From IMG/VR virus record IMGVR_UViG_3300021962_000058, positions 27,150 to 91,149 of that record: DNA of 64,000 nt, one strand, 5' to 3'. The notes beneath the pieces were generated by a model. It was given only the letters and a program-made list of their open reading frames with translations. It was not told the DNA's origin and searched no databases. Made by a program: the position numbers and the translations under genes. The stretch comes from a virus. Shown one piece after another: positions 31,799 to 42,039 of this stretch. The stretch's first letter is position 1. Every line of letters starts with the position of its first letter.

Positions 31799-32598
31799 TG
31801 TTAGGAACGTACTATTATCACGAAATCATAAGAAAGACTATAATAGCTTTCGGAACATTATTTAACCAAATTCACATTCGCCATACCGATCAAAACGGTA
31901 ATAGCATAAGTGATATGAGAGTTCCTATCGCTTATGGTCCGAGACAAAAGTTTCTTGCAAGAATTCAACAGCAACCAGAATTAAATAAAGCGACTCAGAT
32001 TTCACTGCCAAGAATGTCATTTGAGATGACTTCTATACAATATGATCCAAGTAGAAAGTCGAGTGTTGTTCAAACTTTCAAGACCTGTGATGTTAATGGT
32101 AATGTAAAAAAAGTTTTTATGCCAGTTCCCTATAATATTGGGTTTGAACTTAATATTTTAACTAAATTAAATGATGATGCTCTACAAATTATTGAGCAAA
32201 TTTTACCATATTTCCAACCAGGATTTAATGTAACAATAGATATGATTGAATCTATTGGTGAGAAAAAAGATGTTCCGATGGTTTTGGAAAGTATAAATTT
32301 TCAGGATGATTATGAAGGTGATTTTTCAACAAGAAGAGCGTTAATATATACATTATCATTCACAGCAAAAACATATCTGTTTGGTCCAGTTGCTGATAGT
32401 ACTGATGGACTAATTCGTAAGATTCAAGTTGATATGTACACCAGTACAGATACAGAAAATGCTAAAAGAGAACTTAGATATACATTACGTCCAATTCCAA
32501 CTGATGCAGGTCCAGATGATAACTTTGGATTTGACGAAAGATGGGAATTCCTCGATGATTCGAGAGAATATAGTCCAACACGCAAAATAGATGTTTGA
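31798..32598 (+). CDS. gp15: Tail sheath stabiliser / terminator gp15
   Basis: YYYHEIIRK..IAFGTLFN, VPIAYGP, LPRMSFE, QIIEQILPYFQP. Confidence 0.93.
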   Translation: MLGTYYYHEIIRKTIIAFGTLFNQIHIRHTDQNGNSISDMRVPIAYGPRQKFLARIQQQPELNKATQISLPRMSFEMTSIQYDPSRKSSVVQTFKTCDVNGNVKKVFMPVPYNIGFELNILTKLNDDALQIIEQILPYFQPGFNVTIDMIESIGEKKDVPMVLESINFQDDYEGDFSTRRALIYTLSFTAKTYLFGPVADSTDGLIRKIQVDMYTSTDTENAKRELRYTLRPIPTDAGPDDNFGFDERWEFLDDSREYSPTRKIDV

Positions 32599-32604
32599 TA
32601 GATT

Positions 32605-33027
32605 ATGTCAGAAAATTATGATAGTATCGATAACGCTTTAAACATTAAGAGTGAAATCGTAAACGTAGAGAAAGAAACTCCTATCGTTAAAGTAGAATCT
32701 ACTAGCGATGGAGATATTAGAAAAGATTATGAGTATACTAGGGCAAACTTATATTCTCTTATAGAAAAGGGTCAAGAAGCAATTAATGGAATAATGGAGC
32801 TTGCTGCTGAAAGTGATCAACCAAGAGCATATGAAGTTGCGGGTCAATTAATTAAAAGTGTTGGAGATGTAACTGATAAACTTATTGATTTACAAAAGAA
32901 ACTCAAAGATGTTGAAGAAGATGTGGTAAAAACAACAAATAATGTTACTAACAATGCGGTGTTTGTTGGTTCAACATCAGAACTGTCTAAACTTCTGAAA
33001 CAAGGTTTTCTAAATAATAAAGAGTAA
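32605..33027 (+). CDS. gp16: Terminase small subunit gp16
   Basis: DYEYTRANL...ESDQPRAYEVAGQL...FVGSTSEL. Confidence 0.92.
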   Translation: MSENYDSIDNALNIKSEIVNVEKETPIVKVESTSDGDIRKDYEYTRANLYSLIEKGQEAINGIMELAAESDQPRAYEVAGQLIKSVGDVTDKLIDLQKKLKDVEEDVVKTTNNVTNNAVFVGSTSELSKLLKQGFLNNKE

Positions 33028-33040
33028 ACTTTTCAGATGT

Positions 33041-35062
33041 ATGAGTTGGTCTAATGATTACAAAAAATCAATAGACTGTAAAAATCCAAAGGGTTTTTCT
33101 CAAAAGGCACATTGTGCTGCCAGAAAGAAAAGACAAAGAGGCGAAGAGACAAAATCAATGTCACCATTTAACGAAGACGTGCAAAGTGTAAAGAAGATTA
33201 AGTTCTCCAAATTTACACACAAAACTCCCCATCTAAAAGGCGGTCAACACGTTTTAGATCCAAATGTGGATTTAAAGCAATTAGTTCATCACGCAACTGT
33301 TCAGTATCTTGATCGTGATGCTGATGGTGATATTGACATCTATGATGCTTCTAGTAAAAAAACACCTGATGAAAATGTTATGAGTGCTCCTGGTGAAGCA
33401 CAAAAGAGATCTTTGAAACTAATTGCAAAGCAAAAAGGTGAAATGCTTCATACAAAAAGAGGCTCAGCATTTGAAGGTGTTGAAATGAGATATTGCAAAC
33501 TTTGCAGAAAAATGGAAGCAAGAACGGATTGTTCATATGGACCTACAATGTGGGATAAGTATTCGGTAGCAAAAGTTCATCCAGCCAACGAAGCGAAAGA
33601 TCACGAGTATTCAATGGCTCGTTCGGAACTCTCTACCATTGTTAATGGTGCCAAGAGACTTCAGAAAAAAATGAAGAAAGGTGAAGGTGAGATTGAGGCT
33701 TGGGTTCAGTCAAAAATCACCAAAGCAGCAGATTATATTGATTCGGCAGCAGATTATGTTGATAGTGGTGAAATGAATAAGGAAGAAGTTGAAATATTAG
33801 AAGGTAAAAGAGACGGTAAATCTGCAAAGGATCCTGGTTATTCATTAAGAGATTGGTTTAAAGGTGGTGGATGGGTTCAGGCAGGTGGTAAGTATGATGG
33901 TAAACCTTGTGCCAAACAACCAGGTCAAAAAACAAAGCCATTCTGCCGCGATGCCGATGATCGTGCTGCAATGAGCAAATCTGAAAGAACAAGAAGAGCA
34001 GCAAAAAAGCGTAAAGAAGATCCAAATCCAAATAGAAGTGGAAAAGCAAAATTTGTAAGTGCTTCTTATGAACCACAAGGTCAGCAACTTGATGAGTTAT
34101 GGGGAAAGGTTGCTCTTGGTGCAGGTGCAATGTTTATTCCATATCTTTTGAAAAAATTTGCAAAACCTGCTGTAGATAAAGTAATTAATGAACCAGCAAC
34201 TGGATCTGGAACTTTAGTTGATAAATTAAAGCAGAAAAGAGATACTATCAATCAGATGAATTCTTATGAATTACAAGGTGAAGTGATTGATGAAGCAGGA
34301 AAAAAATGCTGGAAAGGATATAAGAAGGCAGGAACTCAAACACTTTTTGGAAAAACTTATAATCGCTGCGTAAAGGAAGAAGTTTGTCCCGTTTGTGGAT
34401 ATGATCCCTGCGAATGTTTAGAAGGATCTCTCCAAGAGAAAAAAGATGCTTGCTATCATAAAGTAAAGTCACGTTATAAAGTTTGGCCAAGTGCATATGC
34501 ATCTGGTGCATTAGTTAAGTGTCGTAAAGTTGGAGCAGATAGTTGGGGAACTAAATCAGAAAGCACTGATGCACTTGGATATGATTGGGATACACCAATT
34601 AGAGAAAGACCAGATAGATATTGCCCCAAATGTGAAAAACTAGAACTAAGAAATGAATGTAAATATGGAACTAGATACTGGGATATGTTTTCACTTCCAG
34701 CAGAATTGATCGGATCAAAAAAAGAATATAATATAACTATGCCTTATGCAGGCAATGTGAAAGAAAAATATCAGTTTTCAAATTGGAGAGAAGAACTTGC
34801 AGAGGACTGGCAAAAAGTTAATCGTCAAGACAAAACTGATGGATTAAGTCCCGCTGCAGTAAAAGCATATCGTCGTGAGAATCCAGGTTCAAAACTTCAA
34901 ACTGCAGTAACTGAAAAGAAACCAAAAGGTAAGAGAGCAAAGCGTCGTGCATCATTCTGCCGCAGAATGAAGGGTATGAAGTCTAAACTGACTTCTGCAA
35001 AAACTGCAAGAGATCCAGATTCAAGAATTAACAAAGCACTACGTCGTTGGAGGTGTAACTAA
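33041..35062 (+). CDS. Modular hypothetical protein (673 aa), putative internal head polyprotein
   Basis: String of short basic Cys-containing modules separated by acidic linkers ending in Glu; CTAAATA late-type promoter at 33010-33016. Confidence 0.75.
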   Translation: MSWSNDYKKSIDCKNPKGFSQKAHCAARKKRQRGEETKSMSPFNEDVQSVKKIKFSKFTHKTPHLKGGQHVLDPNVDLKQLVHHATVQYLDRDADGDIDIYDASSKKTPDENVMSAPGEAQKRSLKLIAKQKGEMLHTKRGSAFEGVEMRYCKLCRKMEARTDCSYGPTMWDKYSVAKVHPANEAKDHEYSMARSELSTIVNGAKRLQKKMKKGEGEIEAWVQSKITKAADYIDSAADYVDSGEMNKEEVEILEGKRDGKSAKDPGYSLRDWFKGGGWVQAGGKYDGKPCAKQPGQKTKPFCRDADDRAAMSKSERTRRAAKKRKEDPNPNRSGKAKFVSASYEPQGQQLDELWGKVALGAGAMFIPYLLKKFAKPAVDKVINEPATGSGTLVDKLKQKRDTINQMNSYELQGEVIDEAGKKCWKGYKKAGTQTLFGKTYNRCVKEEVCPVCGYDPCECLEGSLQEKKDACYHKVKSRYKVWPSAYASGALVKCRKVGADSWGTKSESTDALGYDWDTPIRERPDRYCPKCEKLELRNECKYGTRYWDMFSLPAELIGSKKEYNITMPYAGNVKEKYQFSNWREELAEDWQKVNRQDKTDGLSPAAVKAYRRENPGSKLQTAVTEKKPKGKRAKRRASFCRRMKGMKSKLTSAKTARDPDSRINKALRRWRCN

Positions 35063-35379
35063 TGAAATCTTTTAGAGAGTTTCTTTCCGAAAGTGTAAAT
35101 ATAGCAGGTGACTTTAATGGAAACCTTTATATTAATGGTTCTGAACAACAATCAGAACCTGTTGGAGAATCTTTCTTTGCTGACGTAGTTTGGGAAGGAA
35201 AGATGTATCGTTTAGAAGTTGAAGGTAAGATGATGCATAAAAATGAACTTGCTGAACAAATTCAAGAAGAATATCCTGGTGCAATTGTTCATAACATTTA
35301 TCCTTCACAATCACAAAGTTCTTTAAGAATCAAAAATTCACAAAGATATCAACCAGAAAGACTGACTTGGACTGATTAA
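35062..35379 (+). CDS. Hypothetical protein with T4 capsid-targeting-like leader
   Basis: Starts MKSFREFLSE; coupled to the upstream stop. Confidence 0.7.
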   Translation: MKSFREFLSESVNIAGDFNGNLYINGSEQQSEPVGESFFADVVWEGKMYRLEVEGKMMHKNELAEQIQEEYPGAIVHNIYPSQSQSSLRIKNSQRYQPERLTWTD

Positions 35380-35381
35380 TT

Positions 35382-36716
35382 ATGGCACAATGGAATAAGA
35401 ATACACAGGACTTTCTGAATCAAGAAAGAACTTTATTTGAAGTTAATGGTGTTGCTACCAGAGACGGAAAAATTGTAGATAAATTTAATCGGTTTCCAGT
35501 AGATGTTCTTCCAGCAAATGCAGATGCTTTTGGAAGAACAAGAGTATCAAACCCATTAACACTTTTCGATTCATCTCATAGGTACAGAGATAATAACCTG
35601 TGGGATAGTTTAATAGTTGGAACTGGTTCTACTGTTGGATTTGCAACTACAGCAGGTTTGGTTGATATGACTGTTGGTGTTGGAAGCACCGCATCAGTTA
35701 TCAGAGAAACTACAAAAGTATTTTCATATCAACCAGGAAAATCTCTGTTGACTATGAATACTTTTATATTGAATCCACCAAAAGAAAATCTAAGGCAAAG
35801 AGTTGGGTATTTTGGTGCCGATAATGGAATATATTTTGAGGTTGATGGTACTACAGCATATTTTGTAGAAAGAAGTTTGTCATTAGGAACAGAAACAAGA
35901 GTTGCTCAATCAAATTGGAATATTGATAAGTTAGATGGAACAGGTGTTTCTGGAATTACCTTAGACCTATCCAAAGCACAAATTCTTTGGATGGATATTG
36001 AATGGTTAGGACTTGGAAATGTAAGACTTGGATTTATAATTAATGGAAATTTTATTCACGCACATACTTTCCAACACGCAAATATAATTCAATCAACATA
36101 TATTACAACAGCATCACTTCCTTTGAGGTATGAAATTAGCAACACTGGAATTACAACGAGTACAAGCACACTAAAACAAGTTTGTTCTACAGTAATTTCC
36201 GAAGGCGGATACGAACTTCGTGGATTGCAGCAAGCAGTTTCAACACCTATTACAGCACCAGTAGATTTGCCAACTCCTGCTGGGACATATTATCCAGTCA
36301 TTTCCATTAGACTTAAAGCACCAATTAATGGACAACCAGATAGATTAGATGCAATTGTTATTATGACGGCACTATCAATTATGGGAACTGGAAATGGTCC
36401 CCAATATAATTGGCAGGTGAGAGCAAGTGCAACTACATCGGGAGGAACTTGGGTGAGTGCTGGAACAGACTCTGCGATTGAATATAAAATAGATGGTGGA
36501 ACCGTTAGTGGTGGAAGAGTCCTAGCATCTGGATTCCTTACGTCGGCAAACCAATCATCACAATCAGTAGATATTCTTAAAGAAGCACTCTTCAAGTTTC
36601 AGTTAGAAAGAAATGGATTAACTAAAACTCCATATGAACTAACGTTAGTTGCGGCATCTGATACTGCGGGTGCTGATATTTTTGCTTCATTAGACTGGGA
36701 AGAAATTAGTAGGTAA
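35382..36716 (+). CDS. Conserved hypothetical protein, probably beta-rich and virion-associated
   Basis: 444 aa; DAFGRTRVSNPLTLFDS, YQPGKS and EWLGLG.VR.G motifs; Gly/Thr-rich. Confidence 0.7.
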   Translation: MAQWNKNTQDFLNQERTLFEVNGVATRDGKIVDKFNRFPVDVLPANADAFGRTRVSNPLTLFDSSHRYRDNNLWDSLIVGTGSTVGFATTAGLVDMTVGVGSTASVIRETTKVFSYQPGKSLLTMNTFILNPPKENLRQRVGYFGADNGIYFEVDGTTAYFVERSLSLGTETRVAQSNWNIDKLDGTGVSGITLDLSKAQILWMDIEWLGLGNVRLGFIINGNFIHAHTFQHANIIQSTYITTASLPLRYEISNTGITTSTSTLKQVCSTVISEGGYELRGLQQAVSTPITAPVDLPTPAGTYYPVISIRLKAPINGQPDRLDAIVIMTALSIMGTGNGPQYNWQVRASATTSGGTWVSAGTDSAIEYKIDGGTVSGGRVLASGFLTSANQSSQSVDILKEALFKFQLERNGLTKTPYELTLVAASDTAGADIFASLDWEEISR

Positions 36717-36722
36717 TTAATT

Positions 36723-36746
36723 ATGAGTGAAGTTTATCTTGTATAA
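36723..36746 (+). pseudogene. Orphaned 5' remnant of gp17 (MSEVYL)
   Basis: ATG AGT GAA GTT TAT CTT G matches the gp17 start MSSDVYLG (GAT GTT TAT TTG G) about 530 bp downstream. Confidence 0.6.
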
Positions 36747-36749
36747 ATA
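36742..36749 (+). promoter_or_regulatory. T4-type late promoter TATAAATA
   Basis: Exact consensus at the left edge of the HNH insertion. Confidence 0.75.
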
Positions 36750-36771
36750 TTTTTTAGATTGGGATTGAAAT

Positions 36772-37257
36772 GTGTCTGCTATTATTAAAGTTCCAAGAGA
36801 AAGATTAAGTCCTAAAACAGTAAGAAATATTGCTCGCAAAAATTGGGGATTGACTTGGGAACAAATGAAAGGTATGGATGTTCATCATTTCCCACCAAGA
36901 TGTGAAGGTGGAAAAGATATACCAGAGCATTTATATGTTTGTAGTAGAGAACTACATAAGTATGGGTGGCATAATGATGCTTGGTTTATGGAAAATTTAA
37001 ATAAGGCAACTCAAAAAAATATTGGTAGGAAACATAGTAAAGAAACTTGTAGAAAGAAAAGTGAGGCACTGAAAGGTCGCTCTTTTGGTCATAAGTATGA
37101 GGGTGGAGAAAAACACCCAAACAGTAAAAGAGTTTCCATCAATGGGAGAGTTTATGTTTCTCAACAAGAAGCAGCAGATGATGTTGGAATAACAATACAA
37201 GGTCTTTCATATAGAATGAAACACTGGGGTCCAGACAGGGGGTATGAGTATGTCTAG
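36772..37257 (+). mobile_element. Free-standing HNH homing endonuclease with NUMOD3-like and HTH DNA-binding modules
   Basis: DVHHFPPRCEGGKD.PEHL...LHKYGWH (HNH-like), GRKHSKETCRKKSEALKG (NUMOD3-like), GEKHPNSK, INGRVYVSQQEAADDVGI (HTH); overlaps the gp17 start. Confidence 0.8.
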
Positions 37258-38938
37258 TGATGTTTATTTGGGTAATCCTCTGCTCAAAAAAGCCAACACG
37301 CCTATTGAGTTTACGGAAGAACAGATTATTGAGTTCTTAAAATGTAAAGAAGATCCTGTATATTTTGCTAGAAATTATATTAAGATTGTGTCTCTTGATC
37401 ACGGTCTAGTTCCTTTTGAGATGTACCCATTTCAGGAGAGATTAATTGAAAATTTCCACAAAAATAGATTTAATATTTGTAAGATGCCACGTCAAACTGG
37501 TAAGTCTACTACTTGTGTATCATATCTTCTGCACTACGCTGTTTTTAACGATAATGTTAACATCGCCATCTTAGCAAACAAAGCATCAACTGCTAGGGAT
37601 CTTCTAGGAAGATTACAACTTGCTTATGAAAACTTGCCGAAGTGGATGCAACAAGGTATTATATCGTGGAACAAAGGTAGTTTAGAATTAGAAAATGGCT
37701 CCAAGATTTCATCTAACTCTACTTCTTCATCTGCTGTCAGAGGCGGATCCTATAATGTCATCTTTCTTGACGAGTTCGCTTTCATCCCGAATCACATTGC
37801 TGATGACTTCTTTGCCTCTGTTTATCCTACTATTTCTTCTGGACAGAGCACGAAGGTAATCATCGTTTCAACGCCACGCGGTATGAATCATTTCTACCGT
37901 ATGTGGCACGATGCTGAACGCAACAAGAATGAATATGTGCCAACTGATGTTCATTGGTCAGAAGTTCCTGGTAGAGATGAGGCGTGGAAAGAGCAGACTA
38001 TTGCCAACACTTCTGAACAGCAGTTCAAAGTTGAGTTTGAATGTGAATTCTTAGGATCTGTCAATACTCTTATCAATCCATCAAAATTAAGAAATCTTGT
38101 CTATGAAGATCCTATAAAGAGAAATGCTGGATTAGACATTTATCAAAATCCAATAGAGGAAAATAATTATTTGATTACAGTTGACGTTGCTCGTGGATTA
38201 GGTAACGATTATTCTGCTTTTATTGTTTTTGATATTACACAGTTTCCATATAAGGTTGTTGCAAAGTATAGAAATAATGAAATTAAACCAATGCTATTTC
38301 CTAGCATTATTCACGAAGTTGCCAAAGGATATAATGATGCTTGGTTATTAATTGAGGTAAATGATATTGGCGATCAAGTTGCAAGTATTCTTCACTTTGA
38401 TCTCGAGTATGATAATGTTTTGATGTGTGCGATGCGTGGTCGTGCAGGTCAAATTGTTGGATCTGGATTTAGTGGGAAGAAATCGCAGTTGGGAGTAAGA
38501 ATGACTTCTGCTGTGAAAAAGTTGGGATGCTCTAACTTAAAAACTCTATTAGAAGATGATAAGTTACTGACTGTTGATTATGACATTATATCAGAACTTA
38601 CAACATTTGCACAGAGGCATAATTCATTTGAAGCAGAAGAAGGATGTAATGATGACTTGGCAATGTGTCTTGTTATATTCTCTTGGTTAGTTGCTCAAGA
38701 TTACTTCAAAGAAATGACGGACAATGATGTTCGTAAGAGAATCTATGAAGAGCAAAAAAACCAGATTGAGCAGGATATGGCACCATTTGGATTTATTTTG
38801 GATGGTCTGGATGAAGAAATTTTTGTTGATGAGAAGACGGGAGATAGGTGGATTAATGCAGCATCGAAGGATAATAATTTGGAAGTTTGGAATTTAGATG
38901 AATATGGAGACAGATCTTATATGTGGGATTATCGATAA
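37244..38938 (+). CDS. gp17: Terminase large subunit gp17
   Basis: YLGNPLLKK, Walker A PRQTGKST, Walker B IFLDEFAF, nuclease residues VDVARG and NDDLAM; start may be ATG 37250. Confidence 0.96.
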   Translation: MSMSSDVYLGNPLLKKANTPIEFTEEQIIEFLKCKEDPVYFARNYIKIVSLDHGLVPFEMYPFQERLIENFHKNRFNICKMPRQTGKSTTCVSYLLHYAVFNDNVNIAILANKASTARDLLGRLQLAYENLPKWMQQGIISWNKGSLELENGSKISSNSTSSSAVRGGSYNVIFLDEFAFIPNHIADDFFASVYPTISSGQSTKVIIVSTPRGMNHFYRMWHDAERNKNEYVPTDVHWSEVPGRDEAWKEQTIANTSEQQFKVEFECEFLGSVNTLINPSKLRNLVYEDPIKRNAGLDIYQNPIEENNYLITVDVARGLGNDYSAFIVFDITQFPYKVVAKYRNNEIKPMLFPSIIHEVAKGYNDAWLLIEVNDIGDQVASILHFDLEYDNVLMCAMRGRAGQIVGSGFSGKKSQLGVRMTSAVKKLGCSNLKTLLEDDKLLTVDYDIISELTTFAQRHNSFEAEEGCNDDLAMCLVIFSWLVAQDYFKEMTDNDVRKRIYEEQKNQIEQDMAPFGFILDGLDEEIFVDEKTGDRWINAASKDNNLEVWNLDEYGDRSYMWDYR

Positions 38939-39180
38939 TGGATTTCGATATAGACATAGATGATCAACTCAATACTCAACACCTACTTTTTTTAGAACGC
39001 CAATGCAGGGTCTGCAAAAAGACTAAAAGTCTGATAGATGACTTTTATCTTACTAGAAAAGGAAGAGGTATTTTCCCATCAGCGTACTCATATGAGTGCA
39101 AAGAGTGTACTAAAAAGAGAATTATAGAGAAACGAAAGAGTAATTTAGATATAATAAATTGGGAATATCCAGACTGGTAG
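38938..39180 (+). CDS. Small Zn-finger hypothetical protein
   Basis: CRVC...DFY...YSYECKEC; ATG overlaps the gp17 stop. Confidence 0.7.
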   Translation: MDFDIDIDDQLNTQHLLFLERQCRVCKKTKSLIDDFYLTRKGRGIFPSAYSYECKECTKKRIIEKRKSNLDIINWEYPDW

Positions 39181-39220
39181 TTGTTCACGCACTGTTTCCC
39201 CAATGAAAGTAGTCTTTTTC

Positions 39221-39227
39221 ATAAATA
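39221..39227 (+). promoter_or_regulatory. Late promoter ATAAATA for gp18
   Basis: Intergenic match upstream of the GGAG Shine-Dalgarno and gp18 ATG. Confidence 0.7.
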
Positions 39228-39258
39228 TTTTTAGATTAATTCTGGATGGAGAATAAAG

Positions 39259-41427
39259 ATGCCTCTAAATTTAGCATCTCCTGGAATTCTAGTAAGAGAG
39301 GTTGATTTAACTATTGGAAGAATTGATCCAGTTTCTGGGTCAATTGCTGGTATTGTAGCTCCTTTTGCGAAAGGACCTGTTGGTGTTCCTCAACTCATAG
39401 AAAACGAGAACGACCTGTATCAAACTTTTGGACAACCATATTCGGTTGATAAGCACTACGAGCACTGGATGGTTGCGTCATCATATCTTGCTTATGGCGG
39501 ATTGATGAGAGTTGCGAGAGCAGATGATCAACAGTTAAAAAATGCTTTTGTCGGTGCTGGTACTAGCATTAAGATTAAGAGCGAAGAGCATTATGTTCAG
39601 TTGGGATACGATTTAAATGTTATTCCAAACTTTACCTTCGTTGCCAAAAACCCAGGAACTTGGGCAAATGGTGTTAAGGTTGCAATCATTGATGGAAAAG
39701 CAGATCAAATTCTGACAGGTATTTCTACATCTAATGTTCAAGTTGGATACGGATTTACTGTTGCAATTCCCGATGGCACAGTTTTACCTGGAATTGGTAT
39801 AACATCACTTATCGGTGGTTACTTTAAAGGAATTATTACCGAAGTTGGTGATGGTGAAATTTCAACCAAACTGGTGGGTGTCGTAACCGCAACTGGCGGT
39901 ATGGTAAATGTTGATTATCAACAGAATGGAATATACGCACTTCCACAAACTGGAGCAGTCGCAATCCACACAAATGGTGTAGGAACTGCATTTACAAGTA
40001 GATCATATACTGGAGAAAAAGATTGGTTCGAAAATCAATCAATCACTCTAAGTGTAGGTAAGATTGATTGGGATTCGATTGCAAATAAACCTGGAACTTC
40101 GGCGTTTGTTTCTGGAAGAGGTGGAAGATTTGACGAAATGCATATTGTTCTAATTGATGATAAAGGAACAATTACTGGTAATGCAGGTACTATCTTAGAA
40201 AAGCATCTTGCTCTTTCAAAAGCAAATGATGCAGAATATTCAGTAGGAAGTACTTCTTATTGGAGAAAATATCTTGAAACTAATTCAAGATACATTTTTG
40301 GTGGATCGGAACCAGTTGGAATTGTTACAACTGGATTCAGTGGAAATGGTGTTCCACAGTTCGAACTAAATGATGATGCTGGATGGGATCAACCTGCACA
40401 AAACGTAGTTTTTGCTGGAACAGGATCAAATACTTATACTCTTGCAGGTGGTTTAAATTATCAAGGAAAAACTGATCTGTTAACAACAGGGGCACTATAT
40501 TCTGGATTAGACGATATTATAAGTGGTCTTGAACTATTCGAGAACACTGAGGAAATTGAAGTTGATTTCATTCTAATGGGATCAGCAAATTATAGAAAGG
40601 ATGAGGCACAGGCACTAGCAAACGCTTGCGTTGCGATTGCAGAGTATAGAAAAGATGCTGTTGCATTTATTTCACCATATAGACAAGCATTCTTGAATGA
40701 TTCTTCTGTTGGAACAGTAACTGTAAATAACATCGATACCATTACAGATAATGTCGTAAGTTTTTATGCACCAATAACCTCAACAACTTATGGAATCTTT
40801 GATAGTGGTTATAAGTACATGTATGACAGATTTAATGATACATTTAGATATGTTCCACTAAATGGAGATATTGCTGGATGCTGTGCAAGAACTGATATTC
40901 AACAGTTCCCATGGTTCTCTCCCGCAGGAACTTCAAGAGGAGCAATTCTAAATGCAGTTAAACTTGCATACAATCCAGGCAGAAGACAAAGAGACATTCT
41001 GTATTCTAACAGAATTAACCCAGTAATCTTCTCACCAGGTGCAGGTATTGTTCTCTTCGGTGATAAAACTGGATACGGTAAGTCATCGGCGTTCGATAGA
41101 ATCAACGTTCGCAGACTCTTCATCTATCTGGAAGATGCAATTTCTTTTGCTGCTAAGGACTTCCTCTTTGAATTCAACGATGAAATTACAAGAACCAGTT
41201 TTGTAAATATTGTTGAACCTTTCCTACGCGATGTTCAGTCCAAGAGAGGTATCTTTGATTATGTTGTTATTTGTGATGAAACAAACAATACTGGGGAAAT
41301 CATTGATGCGAATGAATTCATCGCAGACATTTACATCAAACCAGCAAGATCGATTAACTTCATCGGTCTGACCTTCATTGCCACCAGAACTGGTGTTGCA
41401 TTTGAAGAAGTAATCGGTTCCGTTTAA
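39259..41427 (+). CDS. gp18: Tail sheath protein gp18
   Basis: LASPGILVREVDLT, PWFSPAG..RG, SAFDRINVRRLF, KPARSINFI. Confidence 0.96.
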   Translation: MPLNLASPGILVREVDLTIGRIDPVSGSIAGIVAPFAKGPVGVPQLIENENDLYQTFGQPYSVDKHYEHWMVASSYLAYGGLMRVARADDQQLKNAFVGAGTSIKIKSEEHYVQLGYDLNVIPNFTFVAKNPGTWANGVKVAIIDGKADQILTGISTSNVQVGYGFTVAIPDGTVLPGIGITSLIGGYFKGIITEVGDGEISTKLVGVVTATGGMVNVDYQQNGIYALPQTGAVAIHTNGVGTAFTSRSYTGEKDWFENQSITLSVGKIDWDSIANKPGTSAFVSGRGGRFDEMHIVLIDDKGTITGNAGTILEKHLALSKANDAEYSVGSTSYWRKYLETNSRYIFGGSEPVGIVTTGFSGNGVPQFELNDDAGWDQPAQNVVFAGTGSNTYTLAGGLNYQGKTDLLTTGALYSGLDDIISGLELFENTEEIEVDFILMGSANYRKDEAQALANACVAIAEYRKDAVAFISPYRQAFLNDSSVGTVTVNNIDTITDNVVSFYAPITSTTYGIFDSGYKYMYDRFNDTFRYVPLNGDIAGCCARTDIQQFPWFSPAGTSRGAILNAVKLAYNPGRRQRDILYSNRINPVIFSPGAGIVLFGDKTGYGKSSAFDRINVRRLFIYLEDAISFAAKDFLFEFNDEITRTSFVNIVEPFLRDVQSKRGIFDYVVICDETNNTGEIIDANEFIADIYIKPARSINFIGLTFIATRTGVAFEEVIGSV

Positions 41428-41448
41428 TTAAACTAGAGGTTTAGAACT

Positions 41449-42039
41449 ATGCCAGCTAGAAATCAAATTAATCCACCCCCACTAAGGAAGATCACCGACT
41501 TTAAAAATAAGTTAACTGGTGGTGGTGCTCGCCCTAACCTCTTTGAGGTTGTCCTTACTTTCCCAGATGCTGCTACTCCAAATACAACAACGATTGAAAA
41601 ATCTAGATTTATGATCAAGGCAGCTAACCTGCCTGCATCAAACGTTGCTCCAATTGATGTTCCTTTTAGAGGTAGAATTCTAAAAGTTGCAGGAGACAGA
41701 ACCTTTGATTCTTGGACGGTTACCGTTATCAACGACACTGATTTCTCTATTCGTTCCGCTTTTGAAAAGTGGATGAATACATTTAACAGATTGTCCGATA
41801 ACACTGGTTTAACCAATCCAGCAGATTATCAGTCCGATGCTTATGTTTATCAATTAGATCGTGACGGATCTGTACTAAGATCATATAGAATGTATGATTT
41901 GTTCCCAACTCAGGTATCTCCTATTGAACTTTCATATGATGCTCAGGGTATCGAAGAGTTTACAGTAGAACTTCAAGTTCTTTGGTGGGAAGCAATTAAA
42001 GGAACTGGCACAAATGCTGGTGGTGAAGATATTAACTAA
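41449..42039 (+). CDS. gp19: Tail tube protein gp19
   Basis: GGARPNLFEV, FRGRILKVAGDRTFDSWTVTV.ND, IEEFTVEL. Confidence 0.96.
   Translation: MPARNQINPPPLRKITDFKNKLTGGGARPNLFEVVLTFPDAATPNTTTIEKSRFMIKAANLPASNVAPIDVPFRGRILKVAGDRTFDSWTVTVINDTDFSIRSAFEKWMNTFNRLSDNTGLTNPADYQSDAYVYQLDRDGSVLRSYRMYDLFPTQVSPIELSYDAQGIEEFTVELQVLWWEAIKGTGTNAGGEDIN

Noticed and set aside
36741-37270. Group I intron in gp17 (insert follows a T, ends in G, and removal restores frame)
   Set aside because: The HNH ORF fills nearly the whole insert, leaving no evident room for a catalytic core; no P7-like elements were recognised; the downstream copy has its own start codon.
39181-39220. Possible ncRNA or riboswitch upstream of gp18 (GTTCACGCACTGTTTCCCC)
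   Set aside because: Too short and no convincing stem; cannot be supported without a covariance search.
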